Assembly (NCBI GenBank): GCA_048938895.1
Contig: JBHLLU010000039.1
Span: 1-36,209 of the forward strand
Direction of reading: 5' to 3'
Length of the DNA stretch: 36,209 bases
Source of the DNA: Promethearchaeota archaeon
GTDB taxonomy: Archaea; Asgardarchaeota; Lokiarchaeia; Sigyniarchaeales; SOKP01
A program made the translations under genes and the position numbers. The notes under the pieces were generated by a model, which did not search any database, had not been told where the DNA came from, and saw only the letters and a program-made list of their open reading frames with translations. This document shows, piece by piece, positions 1 to 9,746 of this stretch (the stretch's first letter is position 1; every line of letters starts with the position of its first letter).

Positions 1-116
1 TTCATTAAAAATCAAAGAGTAATTTTGATTTTTTATTCATTTGTATTTTCCTCCATTTTAAGAGACACAAGGTTCGAGTCTTTTTAAATTTTGGTCCAAT
101 TTTCTGTGAAATTTGG

Positions 117-132
117 ATGGAAAGGTAAATTC
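117..132 (+). repeat. Dispersed 16-bp intergenic motif ATGGAAAGGTAAATTC, copy 1
   Basis: Identical to 12520..12535 and 14/16 identical to 12602..12617. Confidence 0.7.
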
Positions 133-177
133 GATTGAATAAATTTATTAATAAATTCTCACTTAAAGGATTTAGAG

Positions 178-1146
178 ATGGCGAAGAAAAGTATTATATC
201 AATAGAGATAATGGCGATTATCAGTTTTAGTATTGTTATTAGCACTATCCCTGTTGAATTACTTTTGGATCATCTCTCAACTTATGGTCAGATTGATTAC
301 TTGGAGAATTACACCTACTCCTCAAACGTACCTTCTTCAGTAGTAAAATTAAATCTGAATGTTGATGTAGGAAATGTGGATATAACCTATGTTGATCCCC
401 CAGTTGAATATATAATAAAAATTAAGGTGAATATCAAAATGAGTGGTCAGTATTTAACAGGGAATTACTCAGATTACTTTAACATTGATTGGGAAAAAAC
501 TACGTCCCCTCTTAATTTTACTCTTAAATTCAAGTCAGATCTAGATCACATCGAGGTGTTATCATTAGTTGAATATATCTCCATTGTTGTAATACTTCGA
601 AAAGACATAACTTTTGATATAGATGCCACTGTTTTAATAGGTGATGTTGAGTTAACGGTTCCATTCGGAGTTTCAATAAGTAATGTAAAGATCATTAATC
701 ACTATGGAAATAGTATGCTTGAATATAGAAATTGCATCATTGGGGGCAATATAACAGGAATTATTGAAGAGGGAGACATAGAATTAAAAACCTATAACGT
801 GGAATATGCATTGAATAGTGTATGGAACCTTTCTACTCAAACTGGTAATGGAGAAATTGAAATCAATCAAGAGAGAGAGATGGGGGATAATATCACAGGC
901 ATAGTGGCAATACCCATTGGCGACTTAACGTTAACTTATAGAGATACTACTGCTAATGTTGGAGCATTGTTTACTTTCCCCTTATCAACTCCTTCCCCTT
1001 TGGTAAATCAATCAGGATTCAAACCTGAAGTATTAGATGATGGTACTGAGATTTATACCTCCTTTGACTTTCCAGCTAAAAATAATTACAATTTATTGCT
1101 TAATTTTACTGGCTTTGCTAATATCATAGAACTCAGAAGTGAATAA
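178..1146 (+). CDS. Membrane-anchored hypothetical protein with adhesin/DUF4097-like beta-strand repeats
   Basis: 322-aa ORF with a hydrophobic N-terminus. Recurring x-x-G-D/N-hydrophobic turns (VDVGNVDI, VLIGDVEL, NHYGNSML, IEEGDIEL, TQTGNGEI, IPIGDLTL) suggest a beta-solenoid. Confidence 0.55.
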   Translation: MAKKSIISIEIMAIISFSIVISTIPVELLLDHLSTYGQIDYLENYTYSSNVPSSVVKLNLNVDVGNVDITYVDPPVEYIIKIKVNIKMSGQYLTGNYSDYFNIDWEKTTSPLNFTLKFKSDLDHIEVLSLVEYISIVVILRKDITFDIDATVLIGDVELTVPFGVSISNVKIINHYGNSMLEYRNCIIGGNITGIIEEGDIELKTYNVEYALNSVWNLSTQTGNGEIEINQEREMGDNITGIVAIPIGDLTLTYRDTTANVGALFTFPLSTPSPLVNQSGFKPEVLDDGTEIYTSFDFPAKNNYNLLLNFTGFANIIELRSE

Positions 1147-1300
1147 ATTTAGTTTATTGAGTTATGATATTAAAAAAATACTTTTTTTTATGAATTAATA
1201 GATTAAAATTCAACTTTAAAGATATATTAAAAAATAGAAATCCCATAATTGATAATAATAGACTCCGGTGTATCACTGTTAATGCGAAAAAAATAATGGA

Positions 1301-3004
1301 TTATATGAAAGAGACCGATTTAAATTCAAGTTTAAATGAATTAAAATAATAGTTTCTTAAATCCGACGCATAAACATCTGCTCTTACTGGTGATAATTCC
1401 CAAATTTGTGGATACAATTCTTCAATTAACCGTTTTTGAATTTTATAATACAATCGTTCTCTAGCAGTTGGATTAGTTTTTCTAATAGCTTCCTCCATCC
1501 ATTGTTGAACTAACGTATCATTAAATTGCCCGAAATTTGAATGCCCATCGGCTTTACTTGAAAAGAATGGATTAATAAAATTGATAGGATCGTTAAAGTC
1601 CCCCATCCATCCATACCATGCAATTGTAAGCATGTCTTTGTTATAACCATATAGTTCAAAGCCACACCAATAATATTCTGCTAAGCTCATTTCATTATAC
1701 TCGATTTTTACTCCAATTTGCTTAAGATCTTCAATAAATTGATATGTGTGATTTAATCCCCAATCAAGCACAAAGTCATAGTTATATGTTGCGAGAGGCG
1801 TTAAGCCTTTTGCGACCATTTCCCATTCATTGTAAGCACTAATATTATCGTTTACAGTTAAATTTGCAGTTCCAGGCCAACCTGTGTCTTTTAAAACTTG
1901 CCTCGCTATTGAAATATTATAATAAGGTACTTTAATTCCTGTTATATTATGATATAAAACAACTTCTGGGATAGGAGATTTTGACCTAACTACTTTACCC
2001 AAATTCTCATAAGGCTTAAAAAGAGCAGAATAATTAAGAGCATAGGAGATAGCCTTTCTCATGGTAGCATTTATTAGTTTATTATTTATTTCGAACGACG
2101 TTACAAAAGGAAGAAGTCCTTCCTGTACAATAAATGAAGAATTATCTCTAAATTCATTGAGGATTGTCTCGTTAAACAAAGGCCATCTAAAAATATCAAT
2201 ATCTCCCGACAATAATGCTTCGATTTGATTAGGTATATTATCAATTTGGTAGAAAATTAATTTATCGATATCTGGTTTACCACCCCAATAGTATGGATTG
2301 GCAGATAATGACAAATTAACTTCATACTCATAATTATTATAAATAAAAGGACCAGTTCCCACCAGTTTTCCCGTATAAACATTAATAAATTCATCTGAAG
2401 GAGTAGCAGCAGGAGATAATATGTGCCCACGAGAAGCCATCAAATTTCTAAGCGGAACGTAAGGAGCATTCAACACAAACTTCACAGTATAGTCATCGAT
2501 AATTTGAGTTTCATTTATGATAGGTCTACCATCTGGAAAGAGCCAACGTTCAGGATATGTCAGATTATCAATTAATCTATATATTCTATCAAAATTCCAT
2601 TTGACTGCTGCAGCATTAAAAGGTGTGCCATCGTGGAATTTAACTTTCTTCCTAAGAACGCAAGTTAATTCTGTAGCATTATCATTCCATTCATGATGTG
2701 TTGCCAAATTATAAATTATTTCTGAATTATTAGTAGTTACATCAATAGTAAATAGTCCTTCAGCAACTTGGTCGATGACAAAAATATCTACCATTCCCAT
2801 AGTACTGTATGGATCGATGCTTGCTGGACAACCTGCTAAACCCACTTTAAGTGTAAACTCCTTTTCATCTTCTTCATTTTTTATATACCAAACAATACCA
2901 CCGATGATACCTGCTAATGCAAAAACAATTATTATTATTCCAACGAAAATTGGCCTATATTCAGTAAAAATCCGCTTCTTTCTATGAGCTTTGTTCTCGT
3001 TTAT
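1301..3004 (-). CDS. ABC transporter substrate-binding protein, family 5 (DppA/OppA-like), N-terminally membrane-anchored
   Basis: Motifs LRKKVKFHDGTPFNAAAVKWNFDR, GTGPF, MRKAISYALN and GWMGDFNDP. The frame stays open upstream of the GTG at 2845 through a TM helix (IFVGIIIIVFALAGIIGGIVWYI) to an ATA at 3004 preceded by GGGAG. The start is inferred. Confidence 0.9.
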   Translation of the reverse strand: MNENKAHRKKRIFTEYRPIFVGIIIIVFALAGIIGGIVWYIKNEEDEKEFTLKVGLAGCPASIDPYSTMGMVDIFVIDQVAEGLFTIDVTTNNSEIIYNLATHHEWNDNATELTCVLRKKVKFHDGTPFNAAAVKWNFDRIYRLIDNLTYPERWLFPDGRPIINETQIIDDYTVKFVLNAPYVPLRNLMASRGHILSPAATPSDEFINVYTGKLVGTGPFIYNNYEYEVNLSLSANPYYWGGKPDIDKLIFYQIDNIPNQIEALLSGDIDIFRWPLFNETILNEFRDNSSFIVQEGLLPFVTSFEINNKLINATMRKAISYALNYSALFKPYENLGKVVRSKSPIPEVVLYHNITGIKVPYYNISIARQVLKDTGWPGTANLTVNDNISAYNEWEMVAKGLTPLATYNYDFVLDWGLNHTYQFIEDLKQIGVKIEYNEMSLAEYYWCGFELYGYNKDMLTIAWYGWMGDFNDPINFINPFFSSKADGHSNFGQFNDTLVQQWMEEAIRKTNPTARERLYYKIQKRLIEELYPQIWELSPVRADVYASDLRNYYFNSFKLEFKSVSFI

Positions 3005-3387
3005 AATTCTCCCTATTTAGATTTTTTTTGATGATTTAGTAATTATTATCAAAATTATATTAGATTTCACAAATTTGTAATAAATTATTTTCATTCATAC
3101 TTAAAGGTTACTATGATCAAAACTTTAGGCCCAAATCCGCAAAATAATTATTTTTAGTTCTCTATTTCTAATTTTACATATAGGTCAATGTGAAGATTTC
3201 AAACCTAATGCACCTTATTGGTTCTGGGGGTGGTTTTCTTTTATTTTCTTTTCCTTTTACAGGGTGCTAGTAAGATTTATTTTATAATTCTTAGAATGCG
3301 GATTTCCCACATAGAAGGATAGATAGTAATTATGTTTCTATATTTTTAAAATTGAGACTAGAAGAAATAAAGCCCAAAGGATGTGTA

Positions 3388-3400
3388 AAGGTTTAAATTA
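3388..3400 (+). promoter_or_regulatory. Putative archaeal BRE/TATA element for the cysteine hydrolase gene
   Basis: Purine run followed by TTTAAATT (aaggtttaaatta) about 65 nt upstream of the ATG at 3464. Confidence 0.4.
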
Positions 3401-3463
3401 GTGAGACCATATTTAGATTATATCCAATATTAACAAACTTGTCAAATAATATGATGTGATTTT

Positions 3464-4195
3464 ATGGAGGATAAGATTAATAGTTTTTATAAATTCCATC
3501 AAAGGCTAATAAATGAAATACTACCGAAGAAAACAGCTTTAATTGTGGTTGACATGCAGAAATATCAAGTGCAGAAGGATTATGCTGCATTTAAGGCAAT
3601 GAATAATATTACCCCTGGAATTTTTGATTATTTTGCAGAAGAAGTGGAAAAAAAAGTTATTCCAAATCTACGAAAAATGATTGATTTTTGTCACGAAGCT
3701 GAAATTCCAGTAATATATACAAAATTTTCGAGTTTCATGCCCGATGGAAGTGATCTTACAAGGAGTACTAAATTTTTAAACGATTTTTGTAAAAATCTTG
3801 TAGGGGAAGTAGCATTTCCTTACATAGAGCACCATAGTTCAGATATAATCGATGAGTTAAGACCTGAAGATGGCGATTTTGTTATTCAGAAAAACACGAG
3901 CGGAACTTTTATTTCTACTAGACTTGACAGTTTCTTAAGAAACATGGAGATCGAAACGGTCTTGATAACAGGAGTAGTAACTAATTTTTGTGTATATGCA
4001 ACAGCACGAGAAGCAGCTGATTATGGCTTTCAAGTTGTTATTGTGGAAGACTGTTGCGCAGCGTGGAACTCTGAGATTCATGAAGCTACTTTGAAGTCAT
4101 TTGGATTACTTACAGGTTTCATACTAACACATGAGAAGGTTATCAAAAAGATATCTAAAGTAGTGAGATCATTGAAGACAGAAATTCCATCTTAA
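3464..4195 (+). CDS. Cysteine hydrolase, isochorismatase family
   Basis: D-K-C triad motifs ALIVVDMQ, IQKNTSGTF and GVVTNFCVYATAREA. Confidence 0.92.
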   Translation: MEDKINSFYKFHQRLINEILPKKTALIVVDMQKYQVQKDYAAFKAMNNITPGIFDYFAEEVEKKVIPNLRKMIDFCHEAEIPVIYTKFSSFMPDGSDLTRSTKFLNDFCKNLVGEVAFPYIEHHSSDIIDELRPEDGDFVIQKNTSGTFISTRLDSFLRNMEIETVLITGVVTNFCVYATAREAADYGFQVVIVEDCCAAWNSEIHEATLKSFGLLTGFILTHEKVIKKISKVVRSLKTEIPS

Positions 4196-4353
4196 TTTCC
4201 TTTGGTTTTATTTTTAAGCCATCTGATGGAATTGGCAATTGCATAATAAATTAACCATCGTCCTGAAATAGCTCTCGCACGACTCCATCTGATTTTTAAT
4301 TGTTGACTAGTTAATGAGGAGCTAGTGGTGGATAGAGATAAGAGATGATACAT
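4192..4353 (-). CDS. Possible small cationic peptide (53 aa), below the ORF-track size cutoff
   Basis: ATG at 4353 reads MYHLLSLSTTSSSLTSQQLKIRWSRARAISGRWLIYYAIANSIRWLKNKTKGN*. A TATTTAAA element lies about 38 nt upstream. No recognisable homology. Confidence 0.25.
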   Translation of the reverse strand: MYHLLSLSTTSSSLTSQQLKIRWSRARAISGRWLIYYAIANSIRWLKNKTKGN

Positions 4354-4477
4354 ACACACAATTAAAATTGATCTCTAGCAATATAGAGATTTTAAATATA
4401 ATATGAATCAAAACTTTTTATTTTTAAAATAATTTTGACAAAATACTGTCTGTAATTAGAAACGAACAAAGTGAAAT

Positions 4478-5410
4478 ATTATTCCATTTATTCGAAAAAC
4501 CTGTAAAATAAATGAAAATACATGGATGTTTGATTGTTTAATTTACAATATGGTAGAGCAAATGGCTCTTTTTATTATTGAAAATAATAGAAAAACTGCT
4601 TTGATTGACACTGGAACAAGTAGTGAAGTTGATAGTTTATTAAATTATCTTCAAACTATCGGTATCGATCACCTCGATTATATTTTTTCCTCCCATGTTC
4701 ACTTAGATCACACTGGAGGTGTGAAAAGATTATCCACTCGATTTCCTGAAGCCGAAATCGTGGTTTCAAAATTATATCAGAAACTACCCGAAACAGAGCT
4801 TGCTAAAAAGAACTCAGAATTAGTAGAGTATCACGAATATTTGTTACAAAACTTAAAAAATAGGGTGATATATGTAAGTGAAGGGGATATTATTAGTTTG
4901 GATGATTTAAAATTAGAAATTTATGCTGCTCCAGGTCATACTCCCGAACATATTGCTATTTTGGATAGGAAAAATATGAATTTATTCCCGGGGGATTCAA
5001 TAGGGGGACACCATTTAGGTTCAGGATTTTCTCGACCGACTGCATATCCTCCTTATTTTAAATATGAATCTTATTCTAAAACTGTTAATAAGTTATCCCA
5101 AATTGAAAATCTAAAATCTATAAGTTTAGCACATTTTGGTGTGGCTACAGGTTCTGATGTTCAAGAAGTATTTAAAATATCAGAGGATGTTTTCAAAGCT
5201 TACAAGGATACAGTAGTTGAAAGTTATCAGAAGTATAATGGTGATCTCAATTTAATAATAACTGCTCTTCTAGATAAATTTGGTCGTTCTCCAAACGAAA
5301 TTAAGCATAATCGACCCGATTCCCTAATTTTCAGGACATTAGGTGGAATATCGATTGGGTTTATAAACGAGTTGGGTCTAAATTCTAAATTTAAAGTAGA
5401 TTTAAAATAA
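4478..5410 (+). CDS. Metallo-beta-lactamase fold hydrolase
   Basis: Motifs ALIDTG, SHVHLDHTGG, PGHTPEH, LFPGD and LAHFG. The first ATG is at 4526, but the frame extends to ATT at 4478/4481 (IIPFIRKTCKINENTW) behind AGTGA. The start is uncertain. Confidence 0.9.
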   Translation: MIPFIRKTCKINENTWMFDCLIYNMVEQMALFIIENNRKTALIDTGTSSEVDSLLNYLQTIGIDHLDYIFSSHVHLDHTGGVKRLSTRFPEAEIVVSKLYQKLPETELAKKNSELVEYHEYLLQNLKNRVIYVSEGDIISLDDLKLEIYAAPGHTPEHIAILDRKNMNLFPGDSIGGHHLGSGFSRPTAYPPYFKYESYSKTVNKLSQIENLKSISLAHFGVATGSDVQEVFKISEDVFKAYKDTVVESYQKYNGDLNLIITALLDKFGRSPNEIKHNRPDSLIFRTLGGISIGFINELGLNSKFKVDLK

Positions 5411-5508
5411 TCAAAAGAACTCACATGTAAACTCGGTGCCTGTTTCAAAGAAAACATATATAAAAAAACTTGGATATGAAAATCGATTGTGATTTGGCTA
5501 AATCCAAA

Positions 5509-6603
5509 TCATTTTGAACTAGTTGTGAGGGGAGGAATAAATATATCCCTGAGCCCAGTTCTTTCTAATATCCTTGCCTTCTCAGGGCAATGATGAGCAC
5601 AGAGGCCGCAACCTATACATTTATTAAGATTTGTTGAGGAAAGAGCATCTACTAATTCAATTGCTTCTATCGGGCATTTTTCTATGCAGGTTCCACATCC
5701 TGTGCATTTATCTTCATCGACTTTTGCGATATAGTAAGATAAAGTATGAAAAGGGAGAATTCCTCGCTTGTATAGTTGGAAAAACTGACAACAACAATCA
5801 CAACAGTTGCAAAAAGCATCTTCTTCTTGGTTAGGATTTTTCATATGAATAGCTTTGTGGATAAGTCCATCATCCTCAGCTTCTTTCAAGATTTCCAAGG
5901 CTTCTGCTTTTGATATTAATGTACTAAAACTGTGATCTATAAGAAATTGAGCGTATCTTCCAAATTGAAAGCAACATAGTTTCGGACTTTCTAATTTGCA
6001 TTGTTGTTGTAGGTTATTTTTCCAATTTCTACAATAACAATAATTAACACCTATAATTTCATTTCTTTCTATAATACTCTTAGCGTTTTCGTAAGGTAAT
6101 ACTACATCTCGATACATTTCGACTTCTTTATTAACAGGAACAACTCTATCTATTGGCTTACGAGTCTTAAACTGTTCTACAATTACATTATAATTACTTT
6201 GAGTCAAATCACTCAACTCATCTAGTAATTTATCTATCAATTTGGCTATTTCCTTCTGCTTTTTGCCTTTTTCGCCTTTCATAAAAGGATATTCAATAAG
6301 CCCTGGAAGGATGGAGATTAAAGAGTAAACCATGCTTCCAGTAGTCCTACTCAGAATTCCCATTATTATTCCATTATCCATTAATTCATTGAGCATATTT
6401 TTTAGTTCTTGATCGTCTAACTCAGTTTTAGATTTAATCTGGTTCATATTTAATGACCGTTTCCTAAAGAGTAACAGAAATTTTGCTTGATCTTCATTTA
6501 CTAAAGTCTGAATTAGCTTTATTAAGGTATCACTTATGGGGATTGGTGCACCTCCTGCATTAACAAAATTTCTAGTTACTTTTTGCCATAATTTCTCCGA
6601 AAT
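5509..6603 (-). CDS. 4Fe-4S dicluster-binding protein with N-terminal helical/wHTH-like region and Cys-rich middle domain
   Basis: Motifs CYCR, CNCCDCCC, CTGCGTCIEKCP and CIGCGLCAHHCP. The frame is open 52 codons upstream of the ATG at 6447 to an ATT at 6603 (SEKLWQKVTRNFVNAGGAPIPISDTLIKLIQTLVNEDQAKFLL). Confidence 0.88.
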   Translation of the reverse strand: MSEKLWQKVTRNFVNAGGAPIPISDTLIKLIQTLVNEDQAKFLLLFRKRSLNMNQIKSKTELDDQELKNMLNELMDNGIIMGILSRTTGSMVYSLISILPGLIEYPFMKGEKGKKQKEIAKLIDKLLDELSDLTQSNYNVIVEQFKTRKPIDRVVPVNKEVEMYRDVVLPYENAKSIIERNEIIGVNYCYCRNWKNNLQQQCKLESPKLCCFQFGRYAQFLIDHSFSTLISKAEALEILKEAEDDGLIHKAIHMKNPNQEEDAFCNCCDCCCQFFQLYKRGILPFHTLSYYIAKVDEDKCTGCGTCIEKCPIEAIELVDALSSTNLNKCIGCGLCAHHCPEKARILERTGLRDIFIPPLTTSSK

Positions 6604-6790
6604 TTTTAATCATCTTTTGTTACTAATTGATTAATCATAATTCAAATAAGACATATATGATAATATACTTAATTGTCGATTTGTTAAAGGGATTAGAGGA
6701 GATTCGTAAATTTATCCAGAGTATTCGCTACTAAAGGGACTGAAAACCAAAAATTATACCTTAAAGAAATTTAAGTTACTCCCTTCAGTG

Positions 6791-7810
6791 TCAGTTTTTC
6801 AATAATTTTGTTAAGATTGGAAATAATTCATCCCTAGTATTTTTTACATTAATTAGCTCTTTCATATCATATTTACCGAAAATTTCCTGACCCAATCTGA
6901 TGTATTCCACTTGTGATGGATTAATGTCAATCAATCCACAGATTAAAGCGTCTAGAGAAACTAAATGGTTACTAAACGCAGCAATGCCTAAATTTTCAAT
7001 TATATCATAGTTCCCCCATGGTACTCGTATGCTTCCTTTTGGATCAGAAACGGTTACAGAATAAATTCCCTCACATAATCCGTAAACATCAAAAAAGGTG
7101 GCATAAATTTTATTTATATCGATAATATTTTGGCTTAAAAGACTGTCTGCTGGTCCGTGCCACCAAGATCTTAATGGATCGGGAATAAGACCAAACATAT
7201 TTTTCAATGTTAAGCTAGGATACGTACTTTTAATTCCTTTTATCTTTCCAAAACTTATAAGGATTTGATCTTTATATTTCAGCAATTTAGATGGAAAAAA
7301 TTGATATAAATTATCTTTGACTACCGGTGGATATTTCCTTTCTACTTCTTTTTTTATTATTTTAGATTCTGCTGAACGATCTTGCCAGATTTCCTCTGTT
7401 ACATTAATATATTCGACTCCAAATTCAGAAAAAAGATCTTTAAACCCAAATTGCGACAAAAACCATTCGTCTTGTTTTCTTAATTGATCCCATCTCCCTT
7501 TTTCCTTTATCCACTTCCAATCTGGATATTCCATAATCCATTTCCAGTCCACTTCATGATCCTCAACGATAAACTTTAATTTACCATCCTGTTTTTCTAA
7601 AGTATAGGATTCTATAATCATTATCTTACCATTTAAAGCCTCAAATAATAATCTCAAAGTTTTTGCTTCCGTAAAATTACCTGGATGAGGACTAAACCAG
7701 TTTGGTTTTATAATAAAAGTATCTGACTCAAAAAATTTAGGGGGGAAGAGTTCTTTTAAATCAGATGCATCTCTTATCTTATTTAGATTAATGGCTCCTA
7801 TATTTTTCAT
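6791..7810 (-). CDS. DUF362-like protein
   Basis: Motifs IIKPNW, SLTLKNMFGLIP and LVSLDA match the DUF362 pattern. Confidence 0.75.
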   Translation of the reverse strand: MKNIGAINLNKIRDASDLKELFPPKFFESDTFIIKPNWFSPHPGNFTEAKTLRLLFEALNGKIMIIESYTLEKQDGKLKFIVEDHEVDWKWIMEYPDWKWIKEKGRWDQLRKQDEWFLSQFGFKDLFSEFGVEYINVTEEIWQDRSAESKIIKKEVERKYPPVVKDNLYQFFPSKLLKYKDQILISFGKIKGIKSTYPSLTLKNMFGLIPDPLRSWWHGPADSLLSQNIIDINKIYATFFDVYGLCEGIYSVTVSDPKGSIRVPWGNYDIIENLGIAAFSNHLVSLDALICGLIDINPSQVEYIRLGQEIFGKYDMKELINVKNTRDELFPILTKLLKN

Positions 7811-7923
7811 AATATTGGCATTTTGGTAGCTTTGTTTTACATATTAGCTAATTATTTGTAAGTAATAATTATCTTCCACATTATAAATATTCTCAAATTC
7901 CTTTGTAAAGTCTTAATAAAATC

Positions 7924-8430
7924 TCATAATTCAGTAGCAAAATCCTTTAGCTCATATATATCATCAGGAAGATGATCAATTCCAGCGAATTCTTTTATAA
8001 CAATAGAAATTATTTTAGATTGTAATTCCGGCTTAAGATTAGGGAAAGTCATCTGATATTTTCCTCCAATACTCTCGCAATCATCTTCAATTATTATATC
8101 TGGTTTTGCTTTTTCAATTTGTACATCCCAATCTTCTTCCTTTTGTCGATAAAAGATAGTGCCTTCAGGGAAATTATATTTTTTTAAGACAATTTCGTCT
8201 TTTTTCACATTTTCAAGAATTAGATGAGAACTTAGATATGAAATCTGGGCTCCTTGATTTTGCCATGAAGTTAGTTTCTTAACAACGTTTCCAATTGGAA
8301 TATACGAAGCAAAATCAGAAATAGATTCATCAGTATCCTCAATAACTTGCTGTACTATTTGCAATCTTGAAAGTCCTAAGGCACTCCTATGCATGATGCA
8401 GGTTCCATGGAGAAATACTAATATTCTCAT
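7924..8430 (-). CDS. Hypothetical protein with a degenerate HAD-like fold
   Basis: N-terminal ILVFLHGT sits at the DxDGT position, followed by YLSS and IIIEDD resembling HAD motifs II and IV. The nucleophile Asp is absent. Confidence 0.5.
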   Translation of the reverse strand: MRILVFLHGTCIMHRSALGLSRLQIVQQVIEDTDESISDFASYIPIGNVVKKLTSWQNQGAQISYLSSHLILENVKKDEIVLKKYNFPEGTIFYRQKEEDWDVQIEKAKPDIIIEDDCESIGGKYQMTFPNLKPELQSKIISIVIKEFAGIDHLPDDIYELKDFATEL

Positions 8431-8588
8431 TCTTCCAATCTACATTCCCAACATTATTTTTTTTTTGGGTTTAGAGAAAGTTATTATCAAAATAAAATGA
8501 GTCATTAATAAATATGCTCGATTTTTGGGAAAAATTAATAGAATATAGATTAAGCTTTTATTAACAATAAATAACTAATTTAAGCATC

Positions 8589-8942
8589 ATGGAGGGTAAA
8601 TATATTAGTCTCATAACATATAAAAGGAATGGAGATCCCAGAGCCACTCCGCTATGGTTCGTAGAAGAGAATGAAAAAATCTACTTCGTAACTTTACAAG
8701 GAAGGTATAAAGTTAAACGAGTAAAAAGTAATCCAAATGTCAAGATTGCATCTTCTAGCATGCGAGGTAAACCTAAAGAAGAATATATTGAGGGAATTGC
8801 TCGCATTCTCTCAGATGACGAGTCTAAACCAATCATTGCATTGTTTAAGAAAAAATATCGGATGTTTAAAATAATGTTTAAAGAAGGTCGGGAAGGGGAA
8901 AAGAAATTAATCTTCATTGAAATTGCATTAAAGGAGAATTAA
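8589..8942 (+). CDS. PPOX-class F420-dependent oxidoreductase
   Basis: Motifs YISLITYKRNGDPRATPLWF and KVKRVKSNPNV. Confidence 0.88.
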   Translation: MEGKYISLITYKRNGDPRATPLWFVEENEKIYFVTLQGRYKVKRVKSNPNVKIASSSMRGKPKEEYIEGIARILSDDESKPIIALFKKKYRMFKIMFKEGREGEKKLIFIEIALKEN

Positions 8943-8972
8943 TACTACAATTTGCCTATTGATCGTGAATCT

Positions 8973-9566
8973 TTAATCCTGGTAACTATAACGTTGTTGC
9001 TTCCAAGGATCGGCTTTATTTGAGTAACCTGCTCTTTCCCAATAGCCTAATCTATCTTCCTTTAGGAAAGTAATCTTGATTATCCATTTTGCACTCTTAT
9101 AAAAATATAAATCGGGAATGATAGCTCTCACAGGACCTCCATGCTTATCATTAATCGGTTCTCCTTCATAAGTCAACGCTAAAATTGCATTATCTCTCTT
9201 TAATCTATCTATAGACACAGTTGTAGTAAATTCACTATCAGCACATAAAAATTCAATGAATCTTGCCGATATTTTTGGTTTTGCTAGATTAAGAAGCTTC
9301 TTAAAAGAAATGCCACCCCATTTTGTATCAAATTTACTCCATGAAGTTACACAGTGTATATCTTCCAATATTTCGATATCTTTTAATTTTTGTAATTCTT
9401 TTAGAGTTAAAATTATCGGTTGCTCAATTTCTCCATTGATTTCTAATTTATAAGTTCCTCTATCTAAATGGGCGACTGCTCCATTTTGAAGGACGGGAAA
9501 ACGTGTAGTTATATGCTGACCAGGAGGTAACCGTATATTTTTATCTGGAATTGTATTGTTTTTCAT
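8973..9566 (-). CDS. Sulfite oxidase-like molybdopterin-dependent oxidoreductase (YuiH/MsrP-like)
   Basis: Motifs RLPPGQ, DIHCVTSWS, HGGPVR, YFYKSAKW and GYWERAGY. Confidence 0.92.
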   Translation of the reverse strand: MKNNTIPDKNIRLPPGQHITTRFPVLQNGAVAHLDRGTYKLEINGEIEQPIILTLKELQKLKDIEILEDIHCVTSWSKFDTKWGGISFKKLLNLAKPKISARFIEFLCADSEFTTTVSIDRLKRDNAILALTYEGEPINDKHGGPVRAIIPDLYFYKSAKWIIKITFLKEDRLGYWERAGYSNKADPWKQQRYSYQD

Positions 9567-9746
9567 ATTTCAGATTCTAAATCCTGTTATTTTCTGAATT
9601 TAATGGGGATAAAAAATTGTAAACTTTTTTTGCTAAATAGATTTAAAGTGAGTTCAATAATAAATTTTTAGGAGGATTGAAATGAGGAGGGAATAAGGGC
9701 AAAGTCAGGTTGTCCTAAAGATAAAAAAAGGTATTTTTTAAATTAA

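Noticed and set aside
1-5. CAT at 3-5 as the start of a minus-strand gene leaving the window
   Set aside because: Too little sequence to evaluate.
61-90. GGTTCGAGTC resembling a tRNA T-arm
   Set aside because: The flanks cannot form a cloverleaf, and there is no acceptor, D or anticodon stem.
2775-2987. 70-aa plus-strand ORF
   Set aside because: Antisense shadow of the SBP N-terminus and TM helix.
4472-6612. In-frame TGA codons just upstream of the extended MBL and Fe-S genes as possible selenocysteine or readthrough
   Set aside because: The TGAs are part of the GTGA/GATGA SD-like motifs, are not at Cys-equivalent positions, and have no protein-like sequence beyond them.
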